DNA of 64,000 nucleotides from Prasinococcaceae sp. CCMP 1430 (GCA_013416795.1 RQSC01001262.1:1-64000), one strand, 5' to 3'. Positions 20,851-33,124 are shown, counted from the first letter of the stretch. A program made the numbers and translations. The notes: generated by a model from the letters alone, not told the origin.

Positions 20851-22503
20851 TCAAGAAAAAAATCTACAAAAGATTCTTTGGTGAGAAACAAAGTGGGAGG
20901 AAGGAAAGGAAGTCCAAAGAGAAGAGTCTACCTTTGATTCAAGGCTTTTTAAAAAGGGGTTTTTCTCTGTTGTATCCTTGGTTGGAGCAGTATGAATCCA
21001 TACTTTTACCCCAATTGTTCCTCGTTTGGTATAGGCAAGAGACTGGCTATATCCAATCTGGGCAGACAAAGTACTCAAGGGTGTTGATCCAAACTTTTTG
21101 ACAATGGTTTGTTTTTTCCCTCCACCCTGTTTTCCGAGGGGACCAGACACTCGAAGGCGGAGGCCAAGAATACGGTTTGAAAGAAGACTATCAGACCCGA
21201 TCTGCCCTTTGAAACCTTCCTGAGAAAGGGAAGGTTGGGTTTTTGTGTACAAGGTCCCCAACCGACCTGTAATTGCACGAGGTGAAATTCGATGTTCAAA
21301 GGCAAGAGCGATTCCTTTCGAAAGAAGGTCAGGGTGGGCCAAAAGGTCTTTTGCTTTATGAAATCGAAGGTCCACACGTTGGCCACTATAGGCTTCCAAC
21401 CCTTGAAGGAAGACCCGAAGAGAGGGACCCCCAGAAAGACGACCAAAAGGTCGTCCAAGAACCCCACTTCCCTTTGTTTTTCGGACGGGGTTTTGAGAAC
21501 TCTCCTTCTGAGGCGGGAAAAAAAAGGAAGTATGTTGAAGAAGGGTGGTTTTTTCAGAAAGGGAAGGGTTCAACCCTTTCCAAGTCGATCCAGAGAGAGT
21601 TTCAAGACCAGTGTTTTCCAAAGGTTTCAGACCATGGAAAACCAAAGGTTTTTGAAGACTGGTTCGCATATGTTTCTGAATCCACTGGGATCGATTTTTC
21701 AAAGATTGAAGGTAGGGTGTGTGAAGATTCTTTCCCAAGGTCAAAAGGCCCTGAAGATGAAAGCTTTCTGTTGAAAGAGAAAGGTTCGCCGTTTTTTGGA
21801 CCTTTCCATACCCAAAGAGGTGGGTCGCACTCAAGGTTGAGGAAGGTGTGACAATCCGACGCAACTTACTTTCCTTTCGGTCAGCAAGGGCCGGATGAAG
21901 GGCTGTTTGGGTTGCTCGATATCCAAGACTCATTCGACCTTGTTCAGCGTCTGCAAGACAACTCAAGGCACTCAAAACACGAACCCGGGAAACCAAAGAG
22001 CTTGAAGACTGAAGACTCTGAAGAGAACGATGGTCTTGGACACTTCCCTGTCCAAAAAGAAGAAGGGTTGCAAGTTCTCGATGATTTCGTCCAACGTGGG
22101 CCAAAAGAGAACCTTCCTGACTTCGACGGAAAAGTGTGTGGGCCCAAAAGGTTTTGATTCGCTGGGCAGAAAAAGAGAATCCTTGGGAGTGGATTTGGTT
22201 GGAAGCCTTATTTTGCCGAGGCAACCGCCCTCGCTCTCGATTCTTTCGTCGATTCTTTGGTCGAGTGTCTTCAAAAAGAGTGTTTTTTGTATACAAAGTA
22301 TCAATTCGCACACCGTTTGACCCGCGTCGAATAATCGAAGGTCCCGGAATACATTGAAGAGCCTTCAGATAGGCTTCAATCTGAAAACGAAGGCCTCGAT
22401 CTTGAGCAAGAAGGGACCCAAAACCTTCTTTTCCTGTCCAAAGGGACTCGTGTTTTTGATGCAACCCAAGACGAAGAGAAAGTGGGTGGGTTTTTGATGC
22501 CAT
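20851..22503 (-). CDS. rps3: ribosomal protein S3 with large internal expansion
   Basis: MASKTHPLSLRLG N-terminus; PLSTLSAQIGY...T.RGTIGVKVWI C-terminus. Confidence 0.88.
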   Translation of the reverse strand: MASKTHPLSLRLGLHQKHESLWTGKEGFGSLLAQDRGLRFQIEAYLKALQCIPGPSIIRRGSNGVRIDTLYTKNTLFEDTRPKNRRKNRERGRLPRQNKASNQIHSQGFSFSAQRIKTFWAHTLFRRSQEGSLLAHVGRNHRELATLLLFGQGSVQDHRSLQSLQSSSSLVSRVRVLSALSCLADAEQGRMSLGYRATQTALHPALADRKESKLRRIVTPSSTLSATHLFGYGKVQKTANLSLSTESFHLQGLLTLGKNLHTPYLQSLKNRSQWIQKHMRTSLQKPLVFHGLKPLENTGLETLSGSTWKGLNPSLSEKTTLLQHTSFFFPPQKESSQNPVRKTKGSGVLGRPFGRLSGGPSLRVFLQGLEAYSGQRVDLRFHKAKDLLAHPDLLSKGIALAFEHRISPRAITGRLGTLYTKTQPSLSQEGFKGQIGSDSLLSNRILGLRLRVSGPLGKQGGGKKQTIVKKFGSTPLSTLSAQIGYSQSLAYTKRGTIGVKVWIHTAPTKDTTEKNPFLKSLESKVDSSLWTSFPSSHFVSHQRIFCRFFS

Positions 22504-22554
22504 AGAAGGAAGGAAAAATGGAAAAAAGATGGTTTTTGAAAAAGAAAAGAAGAC

Positions 22555-22848
22555 TCACTTCTTTTTCGACTGCTTTGGATGTGTTCCGGGTTTCCGAGTG
22601 TTTGCATACTCACCAAGGGTATGACCAACCATATTTTCAGTAATCTTTACTTGGAGAAAGGTTCGTCCAGTATACACCTGAAAAAGAGATCCAACAAAGG
22701 ATGGAAGGATGGTTGATTTTCGACTCTGGGTTCGAATACTTTCCTGTTTTGCTTTTTGATCACCGAGACGGATTTTCTCTTCTCGAAGATTGATTGCTTC
22801 GAGAAGGTGAGGGTCCACATAGGGACCTTTCCAGCTTGAGCGTGCCAT
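22555..22848 (-). CDS. rps19: ribosomal protein S19
   Basis: MARSSWKGPYVD; RKSTILP.FVG; MVGHTLGEY..TRK. Confidence 0.95.
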   Translation of the reverse strand: MARSSWKGPYVDPHLLEAINLREEKIRLGDQKAKQESIRTQSRKSTILPSFVGSLFQVYTGRTFLQVKITENMVGHTLGEYANTRKPGTHPKQSKKK

Positions 22849-22856
22849 AGAATGAA

Positions 22857-23270
22857 TTAGACTGTATACAGGGGGGTTGGACTCACAATGGAAAAGGAAA
22901 GTTCAACTCCATTTCCAGGAATATCCAAAGAACCCATCAAAACTTCCTGAAAAGCTTGAACATTGGTTCCAACTGGAAGAGTAAAACTGAGTGTTTGTGT
23001 ATAGGTATGATCCTGCCATTTTTCTTGGGACTTTTTATGAACAAAGGGTCCTCGAAGAAGAGCGTGGGTGTGGAGAGAGTGTGAAGAAAAGCTTTCACAA
23101 AGAGAAAGGCCCAAGACTCCCCCTTGGTGTTCAAGACTTCGAACACAGTATGTGAGAGAAGACCGTGTTTTTGCATGCACGCGGATTGTGCATTGGAAAA
23201 AGCAAGGTTCTTTTGTAGATGGAAGAAGGTCTTGAACCTGACGTTGATACGCTTGAAGACGAAAACTCAT
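22857..23270 (-). CDS. rps10: ribosomal protein S10, divergent
   Basis: LLRGPFVHKKSQE resembles RSPHV.KKSRE; position at head of S10 cluster. Confidence 0.7.
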   Translation of the reverse strand: MSFRLQAYQRQVQDLLPSTKEPCFFQCTIRVHAKTRSSLTYCVRSLEHQGGVLGLSLCESFSSHSLHTHALLRGPFVHKKSQEKWQDHTYTQTLSFTLPVGTNVQAFQEVLMGSLDIPGNGVELSFSIVSPTPLYTV

Positions 23271-23422
23271 AAAAAAACAAAGAAAAAACCCAGATTCAGT
23301 GATCAGGTGTTTGAGAAAAAAAATCAAGAATCAAAAGGTTGATTTTTCTTTTTTCAGCAGAAAAAAAGAAAGACCAAAAAAGACTTATCACGAATACTTG
23401 GAAAAACCAAAGAAAGAAAAAA

Positions 23423-25090
<1,668 letters not shown>

Positions 25091-25204
25091 TCAAAAAGAT
25101 TGCAAACGCAAAAAAAAAGCTGGAAAACTCTCAAAGAAAGAGAAAAAAAATCTTACAGAAAAAAGAAGGAAAAACCGAGCAAAAAAAGAAAGGAAAAAGA
25201 ATCT

Positions 25205-25555
25205 TCACCAATCAAGGGCACCTTTGGTCCACTCGTAGACGAATCCCACGGTCAGCACACCGAGAAAGACCATCATCACATAAAACCCAAAGATTCCTGT
25301 GTGACTGAGAGAAAGAGCCCAAGGGAAAAGGAAGGAAACCTCCAAATCAAAGATAATGAAAAGAATGGCGACCAAGTAAAACTTAATATCAAACCGGCCT
25401 CGAGCATCATCAAAGGGCTCGAACCCACACTCATAGGCAGCTTCGGTATCAATGTCTGCTCGTCGAGGTTGACCCACAAGAAGGGAGGCAGCAAGAATAG
25501 CAAGGGCAAGAACAGCGGCAATCAAGAGAAGAACAAAAACAGAACCAAAATCCAT
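25205..25555 (-). CDS. nad3: NADH dehydrogenase subunit 3, copy 2 (inverted repeat)
   Basis: Translation identical to copy 1. Confidence 0.95.
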   Translation of the reverse strand: MDFGSVFVLLLIAAVLALAILAASLLVGQPRRADIDTEAAYECGFEPFDDARGRFDIKFYLVAILFIIFDLEVSFLFPWALSLSHTGIFGFYVMMVFLGVLTVGFVYEWTKGALDW

Positions 25556-25565
25556 AAAAAAGATG

Positions 25566-26465
25566 TTTTTTTTCCTCTCTCCTTTTTTGTTTTCCCTTCT
25601 GAGAAAGTGGAAGAAGGGAAGAGCGTTTGCGAGTTCCTACCTATGGGAAGAGCGTCTGGGAGTTCATATGGGTAGGAAAGGGTCTCCCAGTTTTTAGACA
25701 GAAAAAAGAAAAAAGGGCTCTTTCTTCCAAAAAACATCCACGATTGCCTGAGCTTGGCGACTGTCATAGGAACATTCCCTGTGTGAGATGGTTGACTCGA
25801 TTCGTGGGAAAAGCGTCTGCGAGTTCATACAGGTAGGAAGCGCGTCTGGGAGTTCAGACACAGAAAAAGCCAAGAATCTTTGGTTTCTTTTCCAGTCAGT
25901 GGGACAGAAATTTTCTTTTCTGAAAAAACTAGGTGGAAACTTGGGTTCTTTTCTAAAGTTCTTCCCCCTCGGGAATGGCTCCTAGCTTGAGCCCCGGAGT
26001 GGGAATGGTACCCACGCGAGATGGTGACTCGGTATTCCCGGAAAAAGCGTCTGCGAGTGGACACATGTGGGACTCTTTCTTCCAGAACCAACTTTTTTCA
26101 GAGAGTCTTTGTTTGGGAAGCCAAGGCTCTTTGGTTTCACCTCTATTGGCCTAAGCTTGGCTACCGAAGAACGCACGTTTCGTTTGTGAGATGGTTGACT
26201 CAATATGGGGGCGGAAGAGACAGTTTCTCTTTCCCACGGCCTTTTCTACCCTAAGCTTGGGTACTATGGCTTCTGAGCCATATGACTAAATCGTTTGGTC
26301 GCGATAGCAGGTGAGTCGGTGAAAAGGTGGGGAAAGCGAATAAGAGTTCATACAAGTAGGAAAGGGTATGTCAGTTCATATAGATAGGAAAGCGCATAAA
26401 AGTTCATACACAGAAAAAAAACCTTTTTTGGTATGTTCTTAAGAAAAACTCTTCCAACAAAAGTC
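25566..26465. repeat. 900-nt mirror repeat: reverse, non-complemented copy of 9485-10384
   Basis: Reading 26465 down to 25566 on the + strand without complementing reproduces 9485-10384 (both ends and several internal blocks checked by hand). Confidence 0.95.
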
Positions 26466-26480
26466 GAAGGGTTCTCTCTT

Positions 26481-27110
26481 TCAAAAGGTTTTCCAAGGAG
26501 AAGCATAATCAAAGACTCGATATTCCTGAGCGAGTTCGACAGGAGTGCTCACAACTTGTTGAAGGTCTTCGTCGTATCGAACCTCAGTAAACCCAGAGAG
26601 AGGGTAATCCTTTCGCAAGGGATGGCCCTCAAACCCATAGTCTGTGAGAAGGCGATACAGGTTTGGGTGATCCAAGGTATGGATTCCAAACATATCCCAG
26701 TTCTCACACTCGGACCATTGGGCACTCGGATACAAATCAACCACACTCGGAAGAGACTCATGGTCATTCACAAGACAGATCACTTGAAGGCGGTGTTCCA
26801 AGGTATAGGAAAGGAGTTGGTAGACCACACCAAACCGGAGGGCTGCAGTTGGTCGATCAACCACGTTTATCGCAGTCAACGTTGTGTACTGAAGACTTTC
26901 CTCATCTCGAAGGTACCGAAGAACAACCTTCAACTGACTTGGTCGAAGGTGAATCTGAAGGTGGGTATCCTGAAGAAGGATTCCGTCCACTGAGGTTGGA
27001 AGAGCATAGGCAAGGGTAAGACCAGGTCCACCCGCAAGTTCTTGGGCTGCCTTAGGAGAAAGTTTTGAAAGAAGTCGGTCGAATCCAGCGATTGGAAGAG
27101 TAGATGGCAT
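26481..27110 (-). CDS. nad9: NADH dehydrogenase subunit 9, copy 2 (inverted repeat)
   Basis: Translation identical to copy 1. Confidence 0.95.
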   Translation of the reverse strand: MPSTLPIAGFDRLLSKLSPKAAQELAGGPGLTLAYALPTSVDGILLQDTHLQIHLRPSQLKVVLRYLRDEESLQYTTLTAINVVDRPTAALRFGVVYQLLSYTLEHRLQVICLVNDHESLPSVVDLYPSAQWSECENWDMFGIHTLDHPNLYRLLTDYGFEGHPLRKDYPLSGFTEVRYDEDLQQVVSTPVELAQEYRVFDYASPWKTF

Positions 27111-27313
27111 AAACAAAAAAACAAAGGAAAAACAAAGATGAAGGATTTTCTTTGTTGGTCAGACGAAGGGTTTCCTTGTCAGAAAGAAAAAACAAAAACC
27201 TTTTCCAAGAAAAAAGGGCTTCCGAAAAGGCGGTCAAGTATGTTTTTTTTTTAGAAGACCCTTTCTCTCGACCACCAGGATTTTCTGAAAGAGGGTTTGG
27301 GTGATCGAAAGAA

Positions 27314-27384
27314 AGGCCGTGGGCGGAGTCGAACCGCCGTTAAGAGCTTTGCAGGCTCCTGTCTTACCCCTGGACCACACGACC
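27314..27384 (-). tRNA. trnC: tRNA-Cys(GCA), copy 2
   Basis: Reverse complement of 8566-8636. Confidence 0.9.
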
Positions 27385-27397
27385 ACCTTGAAGGAAG

Positions 27398-27470
27398 GGC
27401 GGATAGCGGGAATCGAACCCGCGCTTTCTATACCACAAACAGACGCTCTAACCACTGAGCTATACCCACC
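27398..27470 (-). tRNA. trnH: tRNA-His(GUG), copy 2
   Basis: Reverse complement of 8480-8552. Confidence 0.9.
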
Positions 27471-27616
27471 ACAGGAGACTTCCTCTATAAACCCGGTTAA
27501 CCCTATCTATGAAGGTTGCCCAGCGACCGCCCTTTGGGAAAGGATACACATACTTGAGTATACAGGAAACCCTTTCTTTGATTTTTTTCCATTTGAAGCA
27601 GAAGAAAATCAAAGAC

Positions 27617-27688
27617 TGGAGTATAGCCAAGTGGTAAGGCATCGGTTTTTGGTACCGACATGCGAAGGTTCGATCCCTTCTACTCCAG
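27617..27688 (+). tRNA. trnQ: tRNA-Gln(UUG)
   Basis: Cloverleaf, loop ttTTGgt. Confidence 0.9.
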
Positions 27689-27731
27689 TTTCTTTCCAGA
27701 AAGGATACTTCAGATATCTTCTCTTCGATCT

Positions 27732-28118
27732 ATGCCCTCTCTTCGTCAACTTTTGAAGACTGCTCCTCGAATGAAAGCCGAGAAAAAGTCTACCGTTCCA
27801 GCCTTTGAAGGGTCTCCCTTTCGGAAAGGAATCTGTCTGAAGGTGTACGTGATCAAACCAAAGAAACCAAACTCGGCCCAACGAAAGATCACCAAGGTAA
27901 AACTTTCCACAGGAAAGACTGTGTTGGCCTATATTCCAGGGATCTTTCATACCCTTCAGGAACACTCCCACGTTCTTCTTCGAGGGGGTCGAGTCAAGGA
28001 CCTTCCAGGAGTGAAATACCATTGCGTCCGAGCAAAGGAAGACTTTCTTCCTGTCTTTGAACGGCGGAAAGGACGGTCGAAGTATGGGTGTCCCCACCCA
28101 AAGAATTATCGGAAATGA
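27732..28118 (+). CDS. rps12: ribosomal protein S12
   Basis: [10 protein letters not shown]; [13 protein letters not shown]. Confidence 0.97.
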   Translation: MPSLRQLLKTAPRMKAEKKSTVPAFEGSPFRKGICLKVYVIKPKKPNSAQRKITKVKLSTGKTVLAYIPGIFHTLQEHSHVLLRGGRVKDLPGVKYHCVRAKEDFLPVFERRKGRSKYGCPHPKNYRK

Positions 28119-28139
28119 GGGTCCTTCTTTATCTGAAAG

Positions 28140-28239
28140 ATGGAGGGCTTTCTTTGTCTGTCATAGGCAAAGGGTTTTCTTTCTTTGTCATAAAGGAAGG
28201 GTTTCTCGCAAGGTTCAGTCTTTCTCTTGCACACACACG
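28140..28239 (+). ncRNA. 3' fragment of trans-spliced group I intron at rnl site 2500; left border approximate
   Basis: Ends in omega-G (28239) immediately before exon 3. Confidence 0.7.
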
Positions 28240-28650
28240 CGATGTCGTCTCCCTGTGTCCTCGTGCTGCAGAAGGTGCGAAGGGTTCGGCTGTTCGCCGA
28301 TTAATACAGGACGCGGATGGGTTTAGAACGTCGTAAGACAGTTTGGTTTCTACCTACCGTGAGGGTACACCCTGGACTCAGACTGAGTCCAGACGTATAT
28401 GTGAGAAGCTTTCACTCTAGTACGAGAGGACCGAGTGGAACGGACCTCTGGGGTGTCTGTTGTAGTCCCACTGCAAGGCAGAGAATCTACGTCCGGAAAG
28501 GAGAAGGGCTGAGTGCGTCTGAAGCCCGAAACCAGCTTTGACACGACATATCAGCGCTGGCGGAAGACCACCGCAGAATAGGCAAACCGTGTGTCTCGGG
28601 TACACCGAAAAGCGAGTTTGTACTAAGAAGGCTCTCTACGAGTTTTTAAC
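28240..28650 (+). rRNA. rnl: LSU rRNA exon 3 (3'-terminal part, from E. coli-equivalent 2501)
   Basis: cgatgtcg...ggctgttcgcc...gggtttagaacgtcg; ctagtacgagaggacc sarcin-ricin loop; 3' end approximate. Confidence 0.92.
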
Positions 28651-28962
28651 CCTAAGCAAAAATGTATCTTTTCTTTTTCTTTCTTCCTTTCTCACTCTCT
28701 TTTCCCAGGAAAAAAAAAGTCTCTCTATCTTTCAAAAAAAGAAGAAAAAAAGAGATCTCTTGGGATGATCTTTCCATTCTTTTCATGATTTATGTCAACC
28801 TTTGTGAAACTTTCAGGAACACGGAACAAAACAACCCTTCTTCCTGCGTCTACCGCACCCCTTTCAATGGCCCCTTTGTGGGATGCACCCATCCAAGACA
28901 CAGAAGCCTTTGGAAAAGGAGCCTTCGGACCGATGACTGAAAACCACCGACCGACTCCTTTC

Positions 28963-30120
28963 ATGCGTCGATCAGCCTTGATCACTCAACCAGTCTTGAG
29001 TGTGGTGAATGATCACGTGAGTGATTACCCGACCCCTTCGAATTTGACCTATATGTGGGGATTCGGATCTCTTGCAGGAATCTGCCTTGGGATCCAAATT
29101 GCAAGTGGAATCTTCCTTGCAATGCATTATACTCCCCACGTGGACCTTGCCTTTTCGAGCGTTGAGCATATTATGCGAGATGTTGAAGGAGGGTGGTTCC
29201 TCCGGTATCTTCACGCAAATGGAGCCGGAATGTTTTTCATCGTCGTCTATATTCATATTCTTCGAGGACTCTATTATGGGTCTTACACAAGTCCACGAGA
29301 ACTCGTGTGGGTTCTTGGGGTTGTCCTCCTTCTTTTGATGATTTTGACAGCCTTTATTGGGTATGTCTTGCCTTGGGGGCAGATGTCTCTGTGGGGAGCA
29401 ACGGTGATTACCAGCCTTGCATCCGTTATTCCAATTGTAGGAAATGACGTTGTTGTCTGGCTGTGGGGAGGGTTTTCCGTGGATAACGCAACCTTGAACC
29501 GATTCTTTAGCCTTCACTACCTTCTTCCCTTTGTGATTGCTGGACTTTCTATCCTTCACATTGCAGCCCTTCACCAGTATGGGTCAAACAACCCTGTGGG
29601 AGTTCCCTCACACACAGACAAGCATCCTTTGTACCCTCTTTTCTATGTGAAAGACCTTGTGGCCTGGTTGGTCTTTGCAATTATTTTCTCTTGCTTTGTC
29701 CATTATGCACCCAACTATTTGGGGCATGCGGATAACTACATTCCAGCAAACCCTTTGAGTACCCCTGCACACATTGTTCCAGAGTTCTACGTCCTTCCTT
29801 TTTACGCTGTTCTTCGGTCTATTCCAGACAAACTTCTTGGGGTTGTGGCAATGATTGCAACCTTTGTCTGCCTCGGACTCATGCCTTGGCTTCATACAGC
29901 ATCTGTTCGATCAAACGCCTTCCGACCATTGGCAGCAATGGCGTACTGGTCCTTTGTGGCCACCGCCCTTCTTCTTGGATGGATTGGTGCGATGCCTGTC
30001 GAGTCCCCCTACCTTGAAATCGGTCAAATTTTGACCTTTTACTTCTTTTTCTACTTCCTTGTGCTGACCCCGGTCCTTGGACGCCTTGAAAACCTCCTTC
30101 TTCGATGGAAGGTTCAATGA
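28963..30120 (+). CDS. cob: apocytochrome b; in-frame upstream ATG also at 28792
   Basis: [28 protein letters not shown]. Confidence 0.98.
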   Translation: MRRSALITQPVLSVVNDHVSDYPTPSNLTYMWGFGSLAGICLGIQIASGIFLAMHYTPHVDLAFSSVEHIMRDVEGGWFLRYLHANGAGMFFIVVYIHILRGLYYGSYTSPRELVWVLGVVLLLLMILTAFIGYVLPWGQMSLWGATVITSLASVIPIVGNDVVVWLWGGFSVDNATLNRFFSLHYLLPFVIAGLSILHIAALHQYGSNNPVGVPSHTDKHPLYPLFYVKDLVAWLVFAIIFSCFVHYAPNYLGHADNYIPANPLSTPAHIVPEFYVLPFYAVLRSIPDKLLGVVAMIATFVCLGLMPWLHTASVRSNAFRPLAAMAYWSFVATALLLGWIGAMPVESPYLEIGQILTFYFFFYFLVLTPVLGRLENLLLRWKVQ

Positions 30121-30129
30121 AAAAGAAAG

Positions 30130-30419
30130 GTAGTAGATATATTTTTTATTTATCCTTCAAAGGAAAAGACAGGGAAAAAAGTCTTTTTTTTGAAAGGATG
30201 TTTTTTCTGTGTGCGTTCGTCTTTGGGTCGACGACCGTTTTTCTTTTTCAAGAAAAGAAAGACTCTCTCTTCTCTCTTTGTGTGTGGGTCACCCCACTTC
30301 AAAGAAAGGAAGGCGTTGAGTCGTTGAGGAAAGACCACTCTTTCCTGCGGATTGTTCGTTCTGAAGGTTCCCGCATTCTGCCTTCATCAAAGAAGGTTTC
30401 TTCTTTGCCCCGATGTGTG
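30130..30419 (-). ncRNA. 5' fragment with complete catalytic core of group I intron at rnl site 2500; far border approximate
   Basis: P aatgcgggaacc (30366-30377), Q aatccgcagg (30344-30353), R ctcaacgactc (30318-30328), S aagagagagtct (30260-30271); P3 gaaggc/gccttc. Confidence 0.85.
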
Positions 30420-30641
30420 AGGTGCCAAACACTTCCGTCGATTCGAGCTCTCGGGAAGTATAAGCCTGTTATCCCCGGGGTACCTTTGATCCGTTGAGCG
30501 AAGCCCCTTCCACAAGGAAACTCCGGTTCAGTATGATCGACTTTCGTCTCTGCTCGATGTGCCCATCTTACAGTCAAGCAGGCATAGGGCATTCTCCCCA
30601 CTCGCCCGGTTGCCGTCCGGGGTGAGCCTACCTTGCATACA

Positions 30642-30681
<40 letters not shown>

Positions 30682-30972
30682 CTCCACCATGCACTGTCCA
30701 CAGGGTGAGAGCGCCGGTGTGTGTGGGTAGTCTCTCACTGATGCGTGTCCTCTAGGCCGCAACCTATGGATACCGCTCCTACCTAGTCTGCGCACACAGG
30801 TCCCGACACTCAATGCAGGGCTTGAGTAAAGGTCCACGGGGTCTTCTCGCCTTACCGTGAGTACCCCGCATCTTCACGGGGACTTCAATTTCACCGAGTC
30901 CATGGTTGAGACAGCTGGCCGGTGGTGACGTGATTCATGCGGGTCGCTACTTATGCGACAAGGAATTTCGCT
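30420..30972 (-). rRNA. rnl: LSU rRNA exon 2 (E. coli-equivalent 1932-2500)
   Basis: Starts agcgaaattccttgtc; ends ggggataacaggct...gtttggcacct. Confidence 0.93.
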
Positions 30973-31140
30973 CGTTGAATGGACGCGCTTTTCCATCTGA
31001 AATCTCGACAGTTTTTCCACCGAAAGACTGTCCTCCTTCATTTTCTAAAGGGGCCAATTCCATAAAGGCGGTCTCAAAAAAAAACCGCCCTTGAAAACGG
31101 ATTTTTCTTGAGAAATCCTTGAGCACACACCCTTTCGCTG
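30973..31140 (-). ncRNA. 3' fragment of group I intron at rnl site 1931 (P8 3' strand, S, P9 hairpins, omega-G)
   Basis: S-like aaggaggacagtct (31025-31038), hairpin atgga/tccat, omega-G at 30973. Confidence 0.7.
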
Positions 31141-31687
31141 AAGCTCAGGTATATTCATCCTTTCCCGTACGGTCAACCATGTCTATCCTTTCCCATAGGG
31201 TCAAGTCTATGTCTTTTTTTCCATATGCTCAAGTATGGACCTCCTTTCTTAAATAAAAAATTTTATCTCTAAGGGGTCAGAAAAGTCTGACCAAAGACTT
31301 GAGTCTCTTTTTTCTGTGGTGTGTATGATTCAAAAAAAAAAACCTTTCCTTTATGACAAACACATGTTTTCTCGCTCGCAAACAAGGGAAACCAGACCGG
31401 AGAACCCAAAGAAGGAAAGAAGCATCCGCCCCCTCCAAGAAAGCGGTCACTCAAAAGAAGAAAAAACCTCCTGAACCCTCTTCTTCTTTGGTTTTAATAA
31501 GAGTACTATAAAAAACCTGCTGTCTTTCGTTAGCATGTATGATGGAAGACTGAAGGTTTAAGGTTTTCAGTCTTTTTTTTCTTTCAAAGACTCTTGTGTT
31601 TTTTTTACGAATCCTTGAAGATTCAAACAAAACCATTTTGCTTTCTCATTCCGAGTGGAGGGTGGTTTTTTCCCTCTCTTTCTGGTC

Positions 31688-33120
31688 ATCTTCCAAGGGC
31701 AGGTTCCCCTACCCTTACCTTGTTACGACTTCACTTCAGTTACTTTTGACAGGGTGGGACAGAGTTCTTTTCTTCCTCGAAAAGAGAAAAAGAAGGATGT
31801 CTGTACTTCACCTGAGAAAAATTTCCAAAGTGTGACGGGCGGTGTGTACAAGGTCCAGGTACGTGTTCACCGCGGCATTCTGATCCGCGATTACTCGCAA
31901 TTCCTCCTTCACGAGGGCGAGTTGCAGCCCCCGATCCGAACTAAGGAAGCCTTTGAGGGTTCTCTCAAGGTTTCCCTTTCGATCACCTATTGAAGCTTCC
32001 ATTGTAGCACAGGTGCAGCCCAACCCATAACGACCATAAGGACTTGACGTCATCCGCGCCTTCCTCCCCCTTCTCGAGGGCAGTCTTTTCAGTCAGAAAG
32101 AATCTGAAAAGGCGGGTTTCGCTCGTTTCTGAAATGAATCATAGGACACAAATCACGAACTGACGACAGCCATGCAGTACGCCTCATCACCAGAACTGGT
32201 GTGATGGAAGGGTTGGTAAGGTTTTGCGCGTATCATCGCATTAAGCCCCATGCTCCACTGCTTGTGTGGACCCCCGTCAATTCCTTTGAGTTTCAGCGCT
32301 GCCGCCGTACTCCCCAGGCGGTGCTCTCCGGCGTACACCTTGATCCCTAAGAATTTTTCAACCCTTAGATGGAGCACAACGTTTTCAGCTGTGGACTACG
32401 AGGGTCTCTAATCCTCTTCGCTCCCCACGCTTTCGTGCGTCAGCGTCGGTGCTGGGCCAGAAAACAGCCTTCGCCCATTGGCCTTCGACTCGAGATCACT
32501 GCATTGCACCGCTTCCTCGAGCCTTCCGTTTTCCTCTCCCAGACCCATGAGTGTGCCTTTCACCGAGCCTTTCCTCGATTCTTCCAGGGCTTTAACCCGA
32601 TGAGTGCACCTCCGCCTAGACACCCTTCACGCCCAGTCATTCCGATGAACACTCGCCCCCTTCGTATTACCGCGGCTGCTGGCACGAAGTTTGCCGGGGC
32701 TTCTCTTTTTTTCCTTCATCATAGGAGAAAGTCTTGAAGTTTACAACAGTGCGCTGTCAACCTCCTTCACGCGGTGTCGCTGCATCAGGGTTTCCCCCAG
32801 TGTGCAAGATTCTTCACTGCTGCCCTGATTTCAGGTCTGAGCCCTTTTCAGTTCCAGTGTGGCTGATCATACTCTCATACCAGCGACGGATCATCGGCTA
32901 GGATGGGCACAAACCACCTACGACCTAATCCGAAACAGGACCCTCCAAAGGCGGATGCTTCCTTTCCAAACATTCGGGGGACTCTCTCCCTTGGTTTTTC
33001 CTTTGGGTAGTCTTCCTGTCTATTACTCACCCGGACGCCCTGAGCATTGCCCAGTCGACTTGCATGTGTTAGACGCACCGCCAGCGTTCCATCTGGGCCA
33101 GGATCAAACCCGTCCTTTCA
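31688..33120 (-). rRNA. rns: SSU rRNA, ends approximate
   Basis: gtttgatcctggc, gtgccagcagccgcggtaatac, gaattgacgggg, gtacacaccgcccgtca, aagtcgtaacaaggta. Confidence 0.97.
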
Positions 33121-33124
33121 CGAA

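Noticed and set aside
25522-26254. Short ORFs and an apparent novel repeat-rich spacer between nad3 and nad9
   Set aside because: Fully explained as the mirror image of 9485-10384; the ORFs are chance frames.
31250-31690. RNase P RNA or other ncRNA in the spacer after rns
   Set aside because: I could not find the conserved GAGGAAAGUC and P4 partner motifs; an Infernal scan would be needed to exclude it fully.
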